In this document: in pieces, positions 10,599 to 20,216 of the stretch
Layout of the letters: every line of letters starts with the position of its first letter
How positions within the stretch are numbered: position 1 is the first letter of the stretch
NCBI GenBank assembly: GCA_963841915.1
Contig: CAWJEN010000006.1
Span: 1,152,001-1,216,000, forward strand
Source: an uncultured Planctomycetota bacterium
GTDB lineage: Bacteria > Planctomycetota > Phycisphaerae > Tepidisphaerales > Tepidisphaeraceae
Direction: 5' to 3'
DNA length: 64,000 nucleotides
Made by a program: the position numbers and the translations under genes
The notes under the pieces: model-generated
The model's database searches: none
What the model was told of the DNA's origin: nothing
The model's input: only the letters and a program-made list of their open reading frames with translations

Positions 10599-11759
10599 TC
10601 AGTCAAACGGGTCGGAGTCCTTCGAAGGCGCAGCGACCGGATGACCGGGCGTCGGAACCTGTTCCTGGGTGGCCGTGCCACCCCGAATGACTTCAACGAA
10701 CCGCGGAGGCGATACGGGCTCTGGCTTGGGTGACGCTGAACCGTCTTGCTCGGGACGACGTGTCGGCCGGCTGACTGGTGCGACTTGCGACGGAGCCGAA
10801 ATCTCACCGAAATCGAGACCGGCCGATCCATTGGCAGTTGCATTTTCGATGATGCTGCCCGAGCCGTTGTTGGTGCGGACAGGCATTTGCTCGAACGATG
10901 GGTAGTTTGGTTTCTCGAACTCCGACTGGGCATAGCCAAAGTCGCCGTCGCTGTGGCTCGTGCCGATCAGGTCGGCGAAGGTCAGGCCACTGAAGCGGGA
11001 CAAAGCCCGGTCACCGCCGCCCCGCATGACGAGTCGCGGGCTTCCGCTGGTGAAGGCAAGATCGATGCGACCGGCTTGCTCGGGCGTGACGACAAGCGTG
11101 ACGCTGCTGTTTCGCTCTTCGTGCTCGCGGACGCGATCGTCGGCCTTGGGTTCCTTGATGCCGGCAATCTTCGTACCAACCGCCAGGACATAAACGTCCT
11201 GGGCGATCGTGCGGACGACGGTCGCTTCATTGTCGGAGAGCGTGGCGACGACATCGACATGGCTACCGGGCTGAAGCAGACCGGTGAGCCCGGTGTCGCC
11301 GCGAACGTCGACGGAGATGGCGCGGTAGCCTTTGGGCAGCATCGCGCTGACACCGGCGGGTGTGTCTTGCGGGGCGAGGTGGCGGGCCATGAGCGGCTGA
11401 CCGGTGGCGACGTCGCTCGTGATGACGCGGCCGGAGCCAGCACCGTCATCGAGTTCTTCGTCGCTCTGCTTCTCCATCGCTTCGAGCAGATCACTGATCT
11501 TGCGGAAGGTGTCGTCCGGCACGTTGGCGGCCTCGACCTTGAGGTAGGTCAGGTCCTCGGCTGTCAGCTCGGTGCCGGCCGTCAAGTCGCGGGCGGCAAC
11601 GACGATCTTGGCAAGCTTGACATCGGGATGTGCGGCGTGCTGGACCTGTTGGGCCGGCGACATCACGACCCAACCCAGTCCTGCTGCGGCCAGTCCGAGG
11701 ACGCCGGCGGCACCGAGCGGTGCCCACTTCTTGAGTTGTTCTGAATTGATCTCTGGCAT
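10599..11759 (-). CDS. cpaB: Flp pilus assembly protein CpaB/RcpC
   Basis: N-terminal TM, SAF domain (IVVAARDL) and LPKGYRAISV...GLLQPGSHVDVV. Confidence 0.9.
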   Translation of the reverse strand: MPEINSEQLKKWAPLGAAGVLGLAAAGLGWVVMSPAQQVQHAAHPDVKLAKIVVAARDLTAGTELTAEDLTYLKVEAANVPDDTFRKISDLLEAMEKQSDEELDDGAGSGRVITSDVATGQPLMARHLAPQDTPAGVSAMLPKGYRAISVDVRGDTGLTGLLQPGSHVDVVATLSDNEATVVRTIAQDVYVLAVGTKIAGIKEPKADDRVREHEERNSSVTLVVTPEQAGRIDLAFTSGSPRLVMRGGGDRALSRFSGLTFADLIGTSHSDGDFGYAQSEFEKPNYPSFEQMPVRTNNGSGSIIENATANGSAGLDFGEISAPSQVAPVSRPTRRPEQDGSASPKPEPVSPPRFVEVIRGGTATQEQVPTPGHPVAAPSKDSDPFD

Positions 11760-11948
11760 AACGCGTGGCTGGCGGAAAGGAAGCGGGTTGTCGAGTCGGT
11801 GGTGCGGCGGAAGGCGGTGACACTGTGTCGGCCGCGACAACCCCGTCCGACGGTGCGTCGTCCTGATTCGCCCGCCGGTTAAGGCGATGCACAATGAAAT
11901 TGCTGTGATGCAAGCGGGTTTGTCTTCTCGGACCCCAGCGTCCGACGC

Positions 11949-11980
11949 AAAAAACGCCCGGCAGCAATGCTGCCGGGCGT
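11949..11980 (-). terminator. Rho-independent terminator after tadE
   Basis: Minus strand reads ACGCCCGGCAGC-ATT-GCTGCCGGGCGT followed by a T-run. Confidence 0.75.
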
Positions 11981-12012
11981 CTTCCGCATGAACAATCTGT
12001 TGCCTGGACCTT

Positions 12013-12456
12013 TTAACCCTCACGCCGCATCGTCGCTGACACTTTGATGTCGCTGACCCAGAAGCCGCTGACGCCGGTGTTGAGCGTGCTGAACTGGGAC
12101 CACGGTGCCGTGACCTCGAGGGTGACGGACGAGCCGGGCGCGACTGTCGACGGCGAGCTAATGGAGGAGGTGCCAGACTTGAGTTGCTGGCTAAAGGTGA
12201 TGTTCGGCAACCCGCCGCGTGCCATGGCGGCATCGACGGCGTCGGCTACATCGCTGCTCGACGCGTCGGGCACGATGGCCGCACGCACTCCTTCGCGGGC
12301 TGCATTGGAGACCGTGTGCCGAACGTAGAACATCCAGGCGAACTCGACGCTGGAGAAGAAGATCATCAGCAGGATCGGGAAGATCATCGCTGCCTCGAGC
12401 GTGATAGCTCCGCGGCGGCGACTCGAGCGTCTGGTGGGGTGGCGGTAAGGGTTCAT
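12013..12456 (-). CDS. tadE: TadE-like pseudopilin
   Basis: RRRGAITLEAAMIFPILL prepilin-type N-terminus and NAAREGVR. Confidence 0.9.
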   Translation of the reverse strand: MNPYRHPTRRSSRRRGAITLEAAMIFPILLMIFFSSVEFAWMFYVRHTVSNAAREGVRAAIVPDASSSDVADAVDAAMARGGLPNITFSQQLKSGTSSISSPSTVAPGSSVTLEVTAPWSQFSTLNTGVSGFWVSDIKVSATMRREG

Positions 12457-12520
12457 GGCGTTTCGTTGGTCTCAGATTCAGCCACCGCGGTGGCAAGTAA
12501 CGCAGATTTATCGGGTCGAC

Positions 12521-13183
12521 TCAAAGCCGTCCGAGGAAGATCGCCAGAACAGCAGCGATGAGGAACGGCACCGCGTGCGGCAGCGGTTTGGCGACGCTCG
12601 TGAAACGGCCTGGCAGCTGATCGTCGGGCACTTTGCCGTAGATCGTGAATCGCTCGGCGTTGGTGGTCGCCTGCTCCATGCCGATCCTGCGCAAGTGCAG
12701 GAACGTGGTCAGGAGCACCATCGTGTTCTTGAGGAGCATCTTGAGCCGCCCTGTCGCCGCGGCGGTGCCGACGACGACAAACAGGCCGACGATGGCTTCA
12801 AGTGCCGCCAAGACGATCACGCCCTGCCACCCGATCCAGGCACCTGCACTGATGTACAGTTTCGCATCGCCTGCGCCGCGGGCCTTGAGCATGAACAGCG
12901 GCACGCCGATGAGCATGGCCGCTCCAATGCCGGCAAAGGCGTCGATGGGCGTAAAGTCCGAACCGGTTGCCCAGGTGACGAACGATCGAACTACACCGCC
13001 TCCGAGTAAGGCAAAGGTCAGCCAGTTCGGTATTTTTCGCCTTTTCCAGTCGATGACCGCCGCGACAACGCACGCGATCAGCAGCGGGACGAGCGCAGCG
13101 ACGTGAACCGAGTAAGCCGGTTCCCAATGGGTCGGCCACATCCATGTCCATTCGAGACTGAGCGGTTGGCGGTCCACAGGCAC
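12521..13183 (-). CDS. cpaA: Prepilin peptidase CpaA/TadV (A24 family)
   Basis: IDWKRRKIPNWLT, GAGDAKL, PLPHAVP. Confidence 0.9.
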   Translation of the reverse strand: MPVDRQPLSLEWTWMWPTHWEPAYSVHVAALVPLLIACVVAAVIDWKRRKIPNWLTFALLGGGVVRSFVTWATGSDFTPIDAFAGIGAAMLIGVPLFMLKARGAGDAKLYISAGAWIGWQGVIVLAALEAIVGLFVVVGTAAATGRLKMLLKNTMVLLTTFLHLRRIGMEQATTNAERFTIYGKVPDDQLPGRFTSVAKPLPHAVPFLIAAVLAIFLGRL

Positions 13184-13228
13184 AACCTCAGCATCGGCAA
13201 AAATTGAAGGGGACTTGTGGCGGCGCGC

Positions 13229-13261
13229 AAAAACGACGCCGCCGAAAATCGGCGGCGTCGT
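13229..13261 (-). terminator. Rho-independent terminator after flp
   Basis: Minus strand reads ACGACGCCGCCGA-TTT-TCGGCGGCGTCGT followed by TTTT. Confidence 0.8.
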
Positions 13262-13286
13262 GGTTTGTGCAAGGACGAGCTAATGC

Positions 13287-13493
13287 TTAGCCGTCGAGGT
13301 CCGTGCCGCTGACGGTGGTGTTCATGCCCGTGAGCTTGCCCTTGATCGTGGCACCGAACGTGCGAACCGCAGCGATGGCTGCGATGACGATCAGGCCGGC
13401 GATGAGTGCGTACTCCAGGATTTCGCCGCCGTCTTCCTCTTTGTAGAGCTTGGCGAACGTGGACTTGGTGGTGTTGGTGATGCTGTTGAGCAT
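13287..13493 (-). CDS. flp: Flp/type IVb pilin
   Basis: 68 aa; EEDG/GEILEYALIAGLIVI Flp motif. Confidence 0.92.
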   Translation of the reverse strand: MLNSITNTTKSTFAKLYKEEDGGEILEYALIAGLIVIAAIAAVRTFGATIKGKLTGMNTTVSGTDLDG

Positions 13494-13736
13494 GGCGTGT
13501 AACTTTCTGGGCTAAATGCCCGATTCGGGTGCCTTCGAGGGCCCCGAGCTGCTGTCGCGACAACGCGTCTTTCCCCTCACGTTGTCGGCAAGTGCCCGGC
13601 GCTCCGACGTGTGTCGGTCGCCCCCGGGGCAAGCGGATCCGTCCGCCGCCAGTCGACCGACGCGGTCGTCTGACGCCCGTCCTGCCGATTTGGGGCAGAG
13701 TCGGGTTACAAGATGCACATCGGATGCAGATTGCCG

Positions 13737-14669
13737 CTACTCAAGGTGAGTCAATGATTTTTTCCAAATGCTGCCGAGTTGTCGGCACGCCACGCGTTCA
13801 TGTGATCCGCCCGCGACCTGCAGAAACCGCCGCATCGGCTCTGCCGTCGGTTCGTAGCTCAGGCGAAACGTCGCATGATGCATCGCCACCACAGACTCTG
13901 CCTCGGCCGCGACGGCCATCGCCCAGGCCTGCTCGGGTGTGGCATGAGATGCAACGTACGGGTCGTAAGCCCCGATGCCGACGCACATGAGGTCCGGGCG
14001 CAATCCGTCGAAGCTCTGCGTCATGGCCGTGTCGCCGCAAAACAAAACGTGCCCGCCCGACCGCTCGAAGCTGAAGCCACACGCGCCACGCCACGTGTCG
14101 TGAAAAACGCGAGCCGTCCAGTGATTTACAGGATGAGCACGTACGTCCACGCCGGCAACCGTCGCCCGCTCGTTCGGCGAGAGTTCGATCACGTGCTTGA
14201 ACTTCAGCAAGTCGCCGCACCCACGAGCGGTCACAACCGGCACATCAGGCTGACGACGCCGAAGCTCGCGAAGGCTCGGCAAGTCCAGATGATCGAAGTG
14301 CGCATGGCTGATCGCAATAAGATCGACAACCGGCAAATGACGCATTGGCACGGCCGGAGCGACCAGGCGACGCGGGCCGACCGTCATCGGCCCCAATGTG
14401 ATGCCGACGCGGTTTGAAAAGATCGGATCCGTCAGGATCGTGCGGCCGCGAATGCGCAACAGCGTCGTGGCGTGCCCGATCCAGCAGGCGGCAAGTCCCG
14501 AGGAAGTCGAGAACGCTTCGTTCAGTTCGCGGAGGTTTAACGGCGGTGATAACGGCGGATCGACCAGGGCATCGATCGGCCGCCAGCGGCCTTGGCTTCT
14601 CCCGAGCCGGTCGGCCAGACGCAACACGCGCTCGTCGTGCTTGAGCCGATCCACGACGCTTCGCCACAC
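13737..14669 (-). CDS. MBL-fold metallo-hydrolase (NAPE-PLD/RomA-like)
   Basis: WIGHAT, TDPIFS, SHAHFDHLD, FCGDT, MHHATF. Confidence 0.88.
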   Translation of the reverse strand: MWRSVVDRLKHDERVLRLADRLGRSQGRWRPIDALVDPPLSPPLNLRELNEAFSTSSGLAACWIGHATTLLRIRGRTILTDPIFSNRVGITLGPMTVGPRRLVAPAVPMRHLPVVDLIAISHAHFDHLDLPSLRELRRRQPDVPVVTARGCGDLLKFKHVIELSPNERATVAGVDVRAHPVNHWTARVFHDTWRGACGFSFERSGGHVLFCGDTAMTQSFDGLRPDLMCVGIGAYDPYVASHATPEQAWAMAVAAEAESVVAMHHATFRLSYEPTAEPMRRFLQVAGGSHERVACRQLGSIWKKSLTHLE

Positions 14670-14670
14670 C

Positions 14671-15411
14671 TCAGGCGACCTCAGCCGTCACGGGAAAGTG
14701 GTCACTCGCCGCCCGGGCGAGGCGGTCTGTCTCGACGCGGCACGACAACGCGTCGAGGCCGTGCGTGAAGATGTAGTCGAGTCGCAGGCCCGGATGCTGC
14801 GTCGTGAAGGTCGTCTGCGTCCGAGCTGCATCGCCGGTAAAGCTGTCGGCGTAGCCGGCGTCGAGGAGCTTACTGATCACCCGCCGCGGGATCGCATCGC
14901 CGTTGGCCTTGAAGTGCGGCAGCACCTTCGGTGGTACGTCGCCAAGCTCCTGTTGCGGCGATGTGCTGTTGAAGTCCCCGGCCAACAGGTGCGGGACGTG
15001 CGACTTCCGCCACGGCTGCGTCGCAGCGAGCAGTGTGTCGGCCTCGCGCTCGCGACGGGTTTCGCGGTCATCACTCGCCCTGCCGCTGAGATGCGCAACG
15101 GCCACGCCGATGTCTCGCTCGTCGATGAGCAGATCGCACAACAACAGCGAGCGTGGAGACGTCTTGTCGGCGAGGTTGATCGACGTGGTGATCGTGCCGC
15201 GTGTCATGAGGCAAGACGTGCGGCTTTCGCGGCCGACGGCGGCGACTTGATCAAAGCCGAGTCGCCAGGCAATGCGGTCGCGTACATCGGCGTCGTCGGC
15301 CTCAACAAGGCAGACGATGTCGGGCTTCTGTGCCAATAACACCTCGGCCAGCGGATCGGCCCGGCCGATTCCGCCGTTGAGGATGTTGTACGAAACCACA
15401 CGCAGCGTCAC
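14671..15411 (-). CDS. Endonuclease/exonuclease/phosphatase family protein
   Basis: SYNIL, DIVCLVE, AGDFNS, RLDYIF, SDHFPV. Confidence 0.9.
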   Translation of the reverse strand: MTLRVVSYNILNGGIGRADPLAEVLLAQKPDIVCLVEADDADVRDRIAWRLGFDQVAAVGRESRTSCLMTRGTITTSINLADKTSPRSLLLCDLLIDERDIGVAVAHLSGRASDDRETRREREADTLLAATQPWRKSHVPHLLAGDFNSTSPQQELGDVPPKVLPHFKANGDAIPRRVISKLLDAGYADSFTGDAARTQTTFTTQHPGLRLDYIFTHGLDALSCRVETDRLARAASDHFPVTAEVA

Positions 15412-15466
15412 GGGCTCACGCTACGGCTCTGGTTTTCTCTCGCGAAAGGCACAATTGCGTGTCAAT

Positions 15467-16270
15467 ATGAAACCAATGCCTGACAGCGACACGATGCATG
15501 TTCATGTGGTTCAGCCGGACATCGTCTGGCACGATGCTCAGACAAATCTCTTGCGGGTCCGGTCGATGCTCGATGCTCGCCCACCGACGCCGGGATCGCT
15601 GGTCGTCCTGCCCGAGATGTTCGCCACCGGGTTCACCAACGACGTCGATGGCCAACGTGACGACGGCACCCAGGCGGCATGGCTGGCTCAGATTGCCAGC
15701 GAGTACGACTGCCACGTGATCGGCGGGCTGATCGAACTCGACCCGCTCAGCGGACTGGGTCTTAACCAAGCCGTCGCCGTCGGACCTGACGGCGTGGAAC
15801 TCGGTCGCTACGCCAAGAACCACCGCTTCCCGATCGGTGGCGAAGTCGATCATTATGCGGCAGGCGAAGACGTCAATGCCCTGCGACTCGGCGAGACGAC
15901 CGTCTGCCCGCTCGTCTGCTTCGATCTGCGATGGCCCGAGACATGGCGGCGAGTTGTCGGGTGCGACGTCTACGTCCTCATCGCCAACTGGCCGGCTACT
16001 CGGCAGCACCATTGGAATGCCTTGCTTCGGGCGCGGGCGATCGAGAACCAGGCGTTCGTCATCGGCGTCAATCGCGTCGGCAGCGACCCCAGCGTTCAAT
16101 ATGCCGGTGGCAGCGTCGTCTACGACTTCGACGGCCACGCCCTGCTCGACCTGGACGAACGCCCCGGCAGTGCGGCCGCCACGCTTGACCTCAAGGCAAT
16201 GCGGGCGTTTCGGCGGAAGCTGCCGTTCCTGCCGGCATCGGTACGTCGACCGAGTCTGAGCCGCCGGTAG
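15467..16270 (+). CDS. Carbon-nitrogen hydrolase (nitrilase family, omega-amidase-like)
   Basis: E-K-C triad in VVLPEMF, YAKNHRF and VCFDLRWPE; ARAIENQ. Confidence 0.9.
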   Translation: MKPMPDSDTMHVHVVQPDIVWHDAQTNLLRVRSMLDARPPTPGSLVVLPEMFATGFTNDVDGQRDDGTQAAWLAQIASEYDCHVIGGLIELDPLSGLGLNQAVAVGPDGVELGRYAKNHRFPIGGEVDHYAAGEDVNALRLGETTVCPLVCFDLRWPETWRRVVGCDVYVLIANWPATRQHHWNALLRARAIENQAFVIGVNRVGSDPSVQYAGGSVVYDFDGHALLDLDERPGSAAATLDLKAMRAFRRKLPFLPASVRRPSLSRR

Positions 16271-17135
16271 CGGCCGTCTCGATCGATATTCGTACCTGGC
16301 GGCAGCCGATGAGCGTCACGACGTGGGCGATGAACCAGCCGAGAAGGCTGAAGATAAACAGGCTGGCGCCGACGCCTCCGCCGATGGCCTGCACCCAGTC
16401 CGACTGTGGCAATGGAAGGTCGTACGTCTCCGCGATCCCGAAAACGACGGCCACGAAGATCATGACCCCACCGAAAACAAGCCCGATCCAGACAATGTTC
16501 CAGACACGCCGCGACGCCTGCCAGACGGGCCAGAAAGCTTGGCGTCGGCGAACTTCGTACGTCATCGTCGGCGGGTAGGTAAGACCAGCCGCAAGGAGCG
16601 CAAGCGATATCGCTCTCAGGAGAATGACACCTGGGTCATCCGATCGGCCGTCGCTCACGAGCCACGCCAGCGGCCAAACAACGAGCAGCAAAGTCGGCAA
16701 CATCCACGCGCTGATGCCGAGGAGCCGTCGGTTCCACCGCCCTGCCGCCTCAACCGACCGCAACGGGCGGTGAGACAACAGGGCCAATGTCGCTGCGATC
16801 AGTGAGACACTGACCAGCATCGTGATGTAGATCCACTCGTCGAGGAACGGCGTGAAAACGATCAAGATACTTAGAAGCCCACCGTACATCGCCAGAACGA
16901 GGGCAAATGCCGCAACGGCAAGCAGTGACGCCTTCCGGATCGGCAGCGGATCGCCGAAGGTTTCAGCGAGATCCCACTTTTGAGCCGACTCCTCGATCGG
17001 CAGACCGCACTCTGCACAACGATCACCAGGCGTGCCTCGAAGGTCGTACTTGCAGCGGAAGCACTGTGTTGGACGAGCGGCTACGTGAGTCGCGTCAATC
17101 GAGTGGTCGGAAGACACCGTCTGATCGTGCGACAC
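16191..17135 (-). CDS. Multi-TM membrane protein with an N-terminal zinc ribbon
   Basis: CFRCKYDLRGTPGDRCAECG followed by about 6 TM segments; AGGAG RBS before the GTG start. Confidence 0.7.
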   Translation of the reverse strand: MSHDQTVSSDHSIDATHVAARPTQCFRCKYDLRGTPGDRCAECGLPIEESAQKWDLAETFGDPLPIRKASLLAVAAFALVLAMYGGLLSILIVFTPFLDEWIYITMLVSVSLIAATLALLSHRPLRSVEAAGRWNRRLLGISAWMLPTLLLVVWPLAWLVSDGRSDDPGVILLRAISLALLAAGLTYPPTMTYEVRRRQAFWPVWQASRRVWNIVWIGLVFGGVMIFVAVVFGIAETYDLPLPQSDWVQAIGGGVGASLFIFSLLGWFIAHVVTLIGCRQVRISIETAATGGSDSVDVPMPAGTAASAETPALP

Positions 17136-17175
17136 CACATTCTCCTGAACAAGCAGACAACGCGGCCCATTGTTT

Positions 17176-18366
17176 TCAGCCCTTGACCGCGCCGAGCTGG
17201 ATGCCCTTGACAAGCTGCTTTTGCAGCAGCACGAAGATGAGGATCATCGGGATCACGCTCAGCGTGACGGCGGCGAGCATGAGGTGCGTCTGCTGGCCGC
17301 GGCTCGAGTCGAAGAAGAGCAGGCCGACGGGCAGCGTGTATCGCTCCTGGCTCCGCAGCATGACCAGCGGCCAGAAGAAGCTGTTGTAGTTGCCCATGAA
17401 CGTGAAGATCGTCAGCGTCACCAGCCCTGGCTTGGCCAGCGGGAGGATGATGTCCCAGAAGAGCTGGAACTTTGTCGCCCCGTCGATCTCTGCCGCCTCG
17501 TCGAGACTTGCCGGGATGCTCAGCATGAACTGCCGCAAAAGGAACGTGCCGAACGCGCTGAACGCGGCCGGAATGATCAGGCCCGGCAGCGTGTCGACGA
17601 GCCCGAGCTGGATCATGATCTGGTAATTGGGGATCATCATCACCAGGCCCGGCAACATCATCGTCGCGAGGTAGAGCAGAAAGACCTTGTCACGGCCGGT
17701 CCACTTGAGACGGGCGAAGCTGAAGGCAGCCAAGGCGCTCGTCACGACCTGCAGGAACGTCACCCAGAAGGCGACGAAAATGCTGTTGCGGAAGTACATG
17801 TGCAGCGGAATGCCCTGGTCGTTGATCGACCGCACTTCGTTGTCGAAGTCGAAGACGTTCCAATAGTTCTCCGGAATCCGGAGCGTAAACGGCAGCCAGC
17901 TGAGGTTGACGACGCGCTCGGCGGCCGGGCCGGGGGCGGGCGCTTCTGCCTCGCCGCCGACTTCGGCCGCGTCGGCGGCTTCCATCGCAATGATCGTCTC
18001 CTGTGCCACCGCCGGATCGGTCTCGACGACGGGATGAATCGGATCGGTTCCCTCGGTGGGCGACAACGTGATGAACCGCGGGTCCTGTGGCAGCCAATTC
18101 GGGTTGCTCAATTCACCGAACGGCTTGAGACTCGTCGTGATGAGGAAGATGAACGGCAGGCACAAAAGGAACGCAATTGTGGCCAGCGCCAGGTGCAGCC
18201 CGAAGCGGCCGAGGAAGGTCCTGCGTTGTTCGCGGCGTGCCTGGCGATCCGCGGGATCGGGCCGCCCGGCAAAGTAGTCAGCCTGTTGTGTCAGGCCGGC
18301 GTCTTCGTAAAGCGCCCCGGGTTCGGTGGCCTGTCCGACGCGGGTTTGGTTGGTGCCGAGGGTCAT
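17176..18366 (-). CDS. Carbohydrate ABC transporter permease (MalG-like)
   Basis: EAA motif LDEAAEIDGAT; YNSFFWPL. Confidence 0.92.
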   Translation of the reverse strand: MTLGTNQTRVGQATEPGALYEDAGLTQQADYFAGRPDPADRQARREQRRTFLGRFGLHLALATIAFLLCLPFIFLITTSLKPFGELSNPNWLPQDPRFITLSPTEGTDPIHPVVETDPAVAQETIIAMEAADAAEVGGEAEAPAPGPAAERVVNLSWLPFTLRIPENYWNVFDFDNEVRSINDQGIPLHMYFRNSIFVAFWVTFLQVVTSALAAFSFARLKWTGRDKVFLLYLATMMLPGLVMMIPNYQIMIQLGLVDTLPGLIIPAAFSAFGTFLLRQFMLSIPASLDEAAEIDGATKFQLFWDIILPLAKPGLVTLTIFTFMGNYNSFFWPLVMLRSQERYTLPVGLLFFDSSRGQQTHLMLAAVTLSVIPMILIFVLLQKQLVKGIQLGAVKG

Positions 18367-18431
18367 GAGACGTGGAGGGAGAAGGCTGTGGAAGGAGGAA
18401 GGCAGACGCGGGCGAGCCTCGCCCTTCCGGC

Positions 18432-20171
18432 CTAGTCGTTGACGTACTTGTTACCGAAGGTCAGATTGAACAGCGTGACGACGAAGATGATGGCAAACAT
18501 CGCCCACGCGACGCCGCTGGCGTAGCCGATGCGGCCGATCTCGAAGCCTTTCTGGTAGACGTCGTACGCGAGCGTGGTGCTGGCCCCACCGGGGCCGCCC
18601 TGCGTCATCGTGCGGACCATCTCGAATCCACCCTGCAGCCCGCCGATGACAGCCATGACGACGACGAAGAATGTCGTCGGTGCCAGCTGCGGCCAGGTGA
18701 CGTTCCAGAACCGCTGGAACGGCGTGGCCCCGTCGATGTCTGCCGCTTCGTACAGCTCGCCCGGCACGTTGGTGAGTGCTGCGAGGTACAGCAGCATCGT
18801 GTTGCTGCCGACCGCACCCCAGAAGCCGACGAGCATCAGCGACGGCTTGACCCAACGGGGGTCGCTGAGCCACTTGGGTGCCTCGATGGTCGTGCCATCG
18901 GCAACGGCATCGGGTAGACCCGCAAAGGCCCCGCCGATGCCGAGAAAAATGAACTCGCACACCATGATTGCTGCCGCCAGCACGATCGCCGAGCCGAACC
19001 CTTCCATCGGTCGTGCCCGGACTTCCTGCGGCCACAGGAAGCTGCCGAGCGTGAACAGGGCCGCAATGGCGCCCGCAATGACAAGGAACCCGCCAAGGTT
19101 CTGAAGGAGCTCGCCACGCTGGCCGTCGGCAACCGGCTCGCCCACGTTGTACCAGAAGAACGTCAGCACGATCGGCAGGCAGACCACAGCGAACGGCAGC
19201 ACCGTCGCTACCGCTCCCAGGTCACCTTCGCGGAACAGGCGACGCATTCGATTGAGCCCGATCAGAAAGAAGAGCCCGCCGATCATGATGAGCAGCACTG
19301 CCACGCCACGGCTCAGCGCCGGCGGCAGGGATTGGCCGGCGTAACTCAGGCCGTCAAGGATCGGCTGCGCTCCGAGCGTCAGCGGGCCCTGCTCGGTGTT
19401 GAACAGCTTGATCCACAGGATGTAGGTCGCAACGCCGCTCGTGAAGTGCGGCAGGTAGAACAGCGTGCGGTAGACGTTTTGCCCGCCGAGCACACCCAGG
19501 AACAAGATCGCTGCGGCGACGCTGACGAACAAGGCAGGCATGCCCCACGAACCGCCGCCCTTAAACCAGGCCGTCAGGCTCAACGCCACTGCCACACCGA
19601 CGAGTACGACCGCGACGCCGAACATCTTGCCCTGCGTGCCCTTGGCGCTCTTGCCGGACAGGTCGCGGCTCAGCAGCAATGCGGCACAGAGGCTGGCTCC
19701 GATGCCGAACGGGATGCCGATCATGAAGAACAGCGTGTTGCCGAAATACCGGCGAAAGTCAGGCTCGGTGAAGAGCAGCTTGAAGTTATCAAAGCCGACC
19801 CACTCGCCGACCTGCGTTTCCTTGTACGGGTTGTGCTGGCGGAGATCCCAGTTGGTGAAGGCGAAGTAGAGGCTGGCGACGAGCGGAATCGCCGTGAAGG
19901 CCAGAAAGCCCAGGATGTTGGGCAGCAGGAAGGCCAGCCCCGTACCGACGCCGCTGCGGCGTGTGCCGGCGACGACGACGCGGGTGTCGCGAGCATCATC
20001 TTCGGAGGCTTCTTCGAGCTCGATGGTTTCGGCGCCGAAGAAGGTGGCCGTCTCGTCGGTCGAAGGCGGCGTGGGTTCGGCAGGAATATGCGCTGCCGTG
20101 ACGTTTGTCGCGGTTATGTCGTCATCGGGCCGGCCCGGGTCGTTGGAGTCAGGACGCATCGCTTGGTTCAC
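18432..20171 (-). CDS. Carbohydrate ABC transporter permease (MalF-like) with extra TM segments
   Basis: VGFDNF, LYEAADIDGAT, GYASGVAW. Confidence 0.9.
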   Translation of the reverse strand: MNQAMRPDSNDPGRPDDDITATNVTAAHIPAEPTPPSTDETATFFGAETIELEEASEDDARDTRVVVAGTRRSGVGTGLAFLLPNILGFLAFTAIPLVASLYFAFTNWDLRQHNPYKETQVGEWVGFDNFKLLFTEPDFRRYFGNTLFFMIGIPFGIGASLCAALLLSRDLSGKSAKGTQGKMFGVAVVLVGVAVALSLTAWFKGGGSWGMPALFVSVAAAILFLGVLGGQNVYRTLFYLPHFTSGVATYILWIKLFNTEQGPLTLGAQPILDGLSYAGQSLPPALSRGVAVLLIMIGGLFFLIGLNRMRRLFREGDLGAVATVLPFAVVCLPIVLTFFWYNVGEPVADGQRGELLQNLGGFLVIAGAIAALFTLGSFLWPQEVRARPMEGFGSAIVLAAAIMVCEFIFLGIGGAFAGLPDAVADGTTIEAPKWLSDPRWVKPSLMLVGFWGAVGSNTMLLYLAALTNVPGELYEAADIDGATPFQRFWNVTWPQLAPTTFFVVVMAVIGGLQGGFEMVRTMTQGGPGGASTTLAYDVYQKGFEIGRIGYASGVAWAMFAIIFVVTLFNLTFGNKYVND

Positions 20172-20216
20172 AAAAAGTTGGGATCAACGAAATCAGACGG
20201 CTGGCAAAATCGAACA

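Noticed and set aside
13494..13736. c-di-GMP riboswitch upstream of flp
   Set aside because: Hairpins are present, but I could not match the consensus of either riboswitch class.
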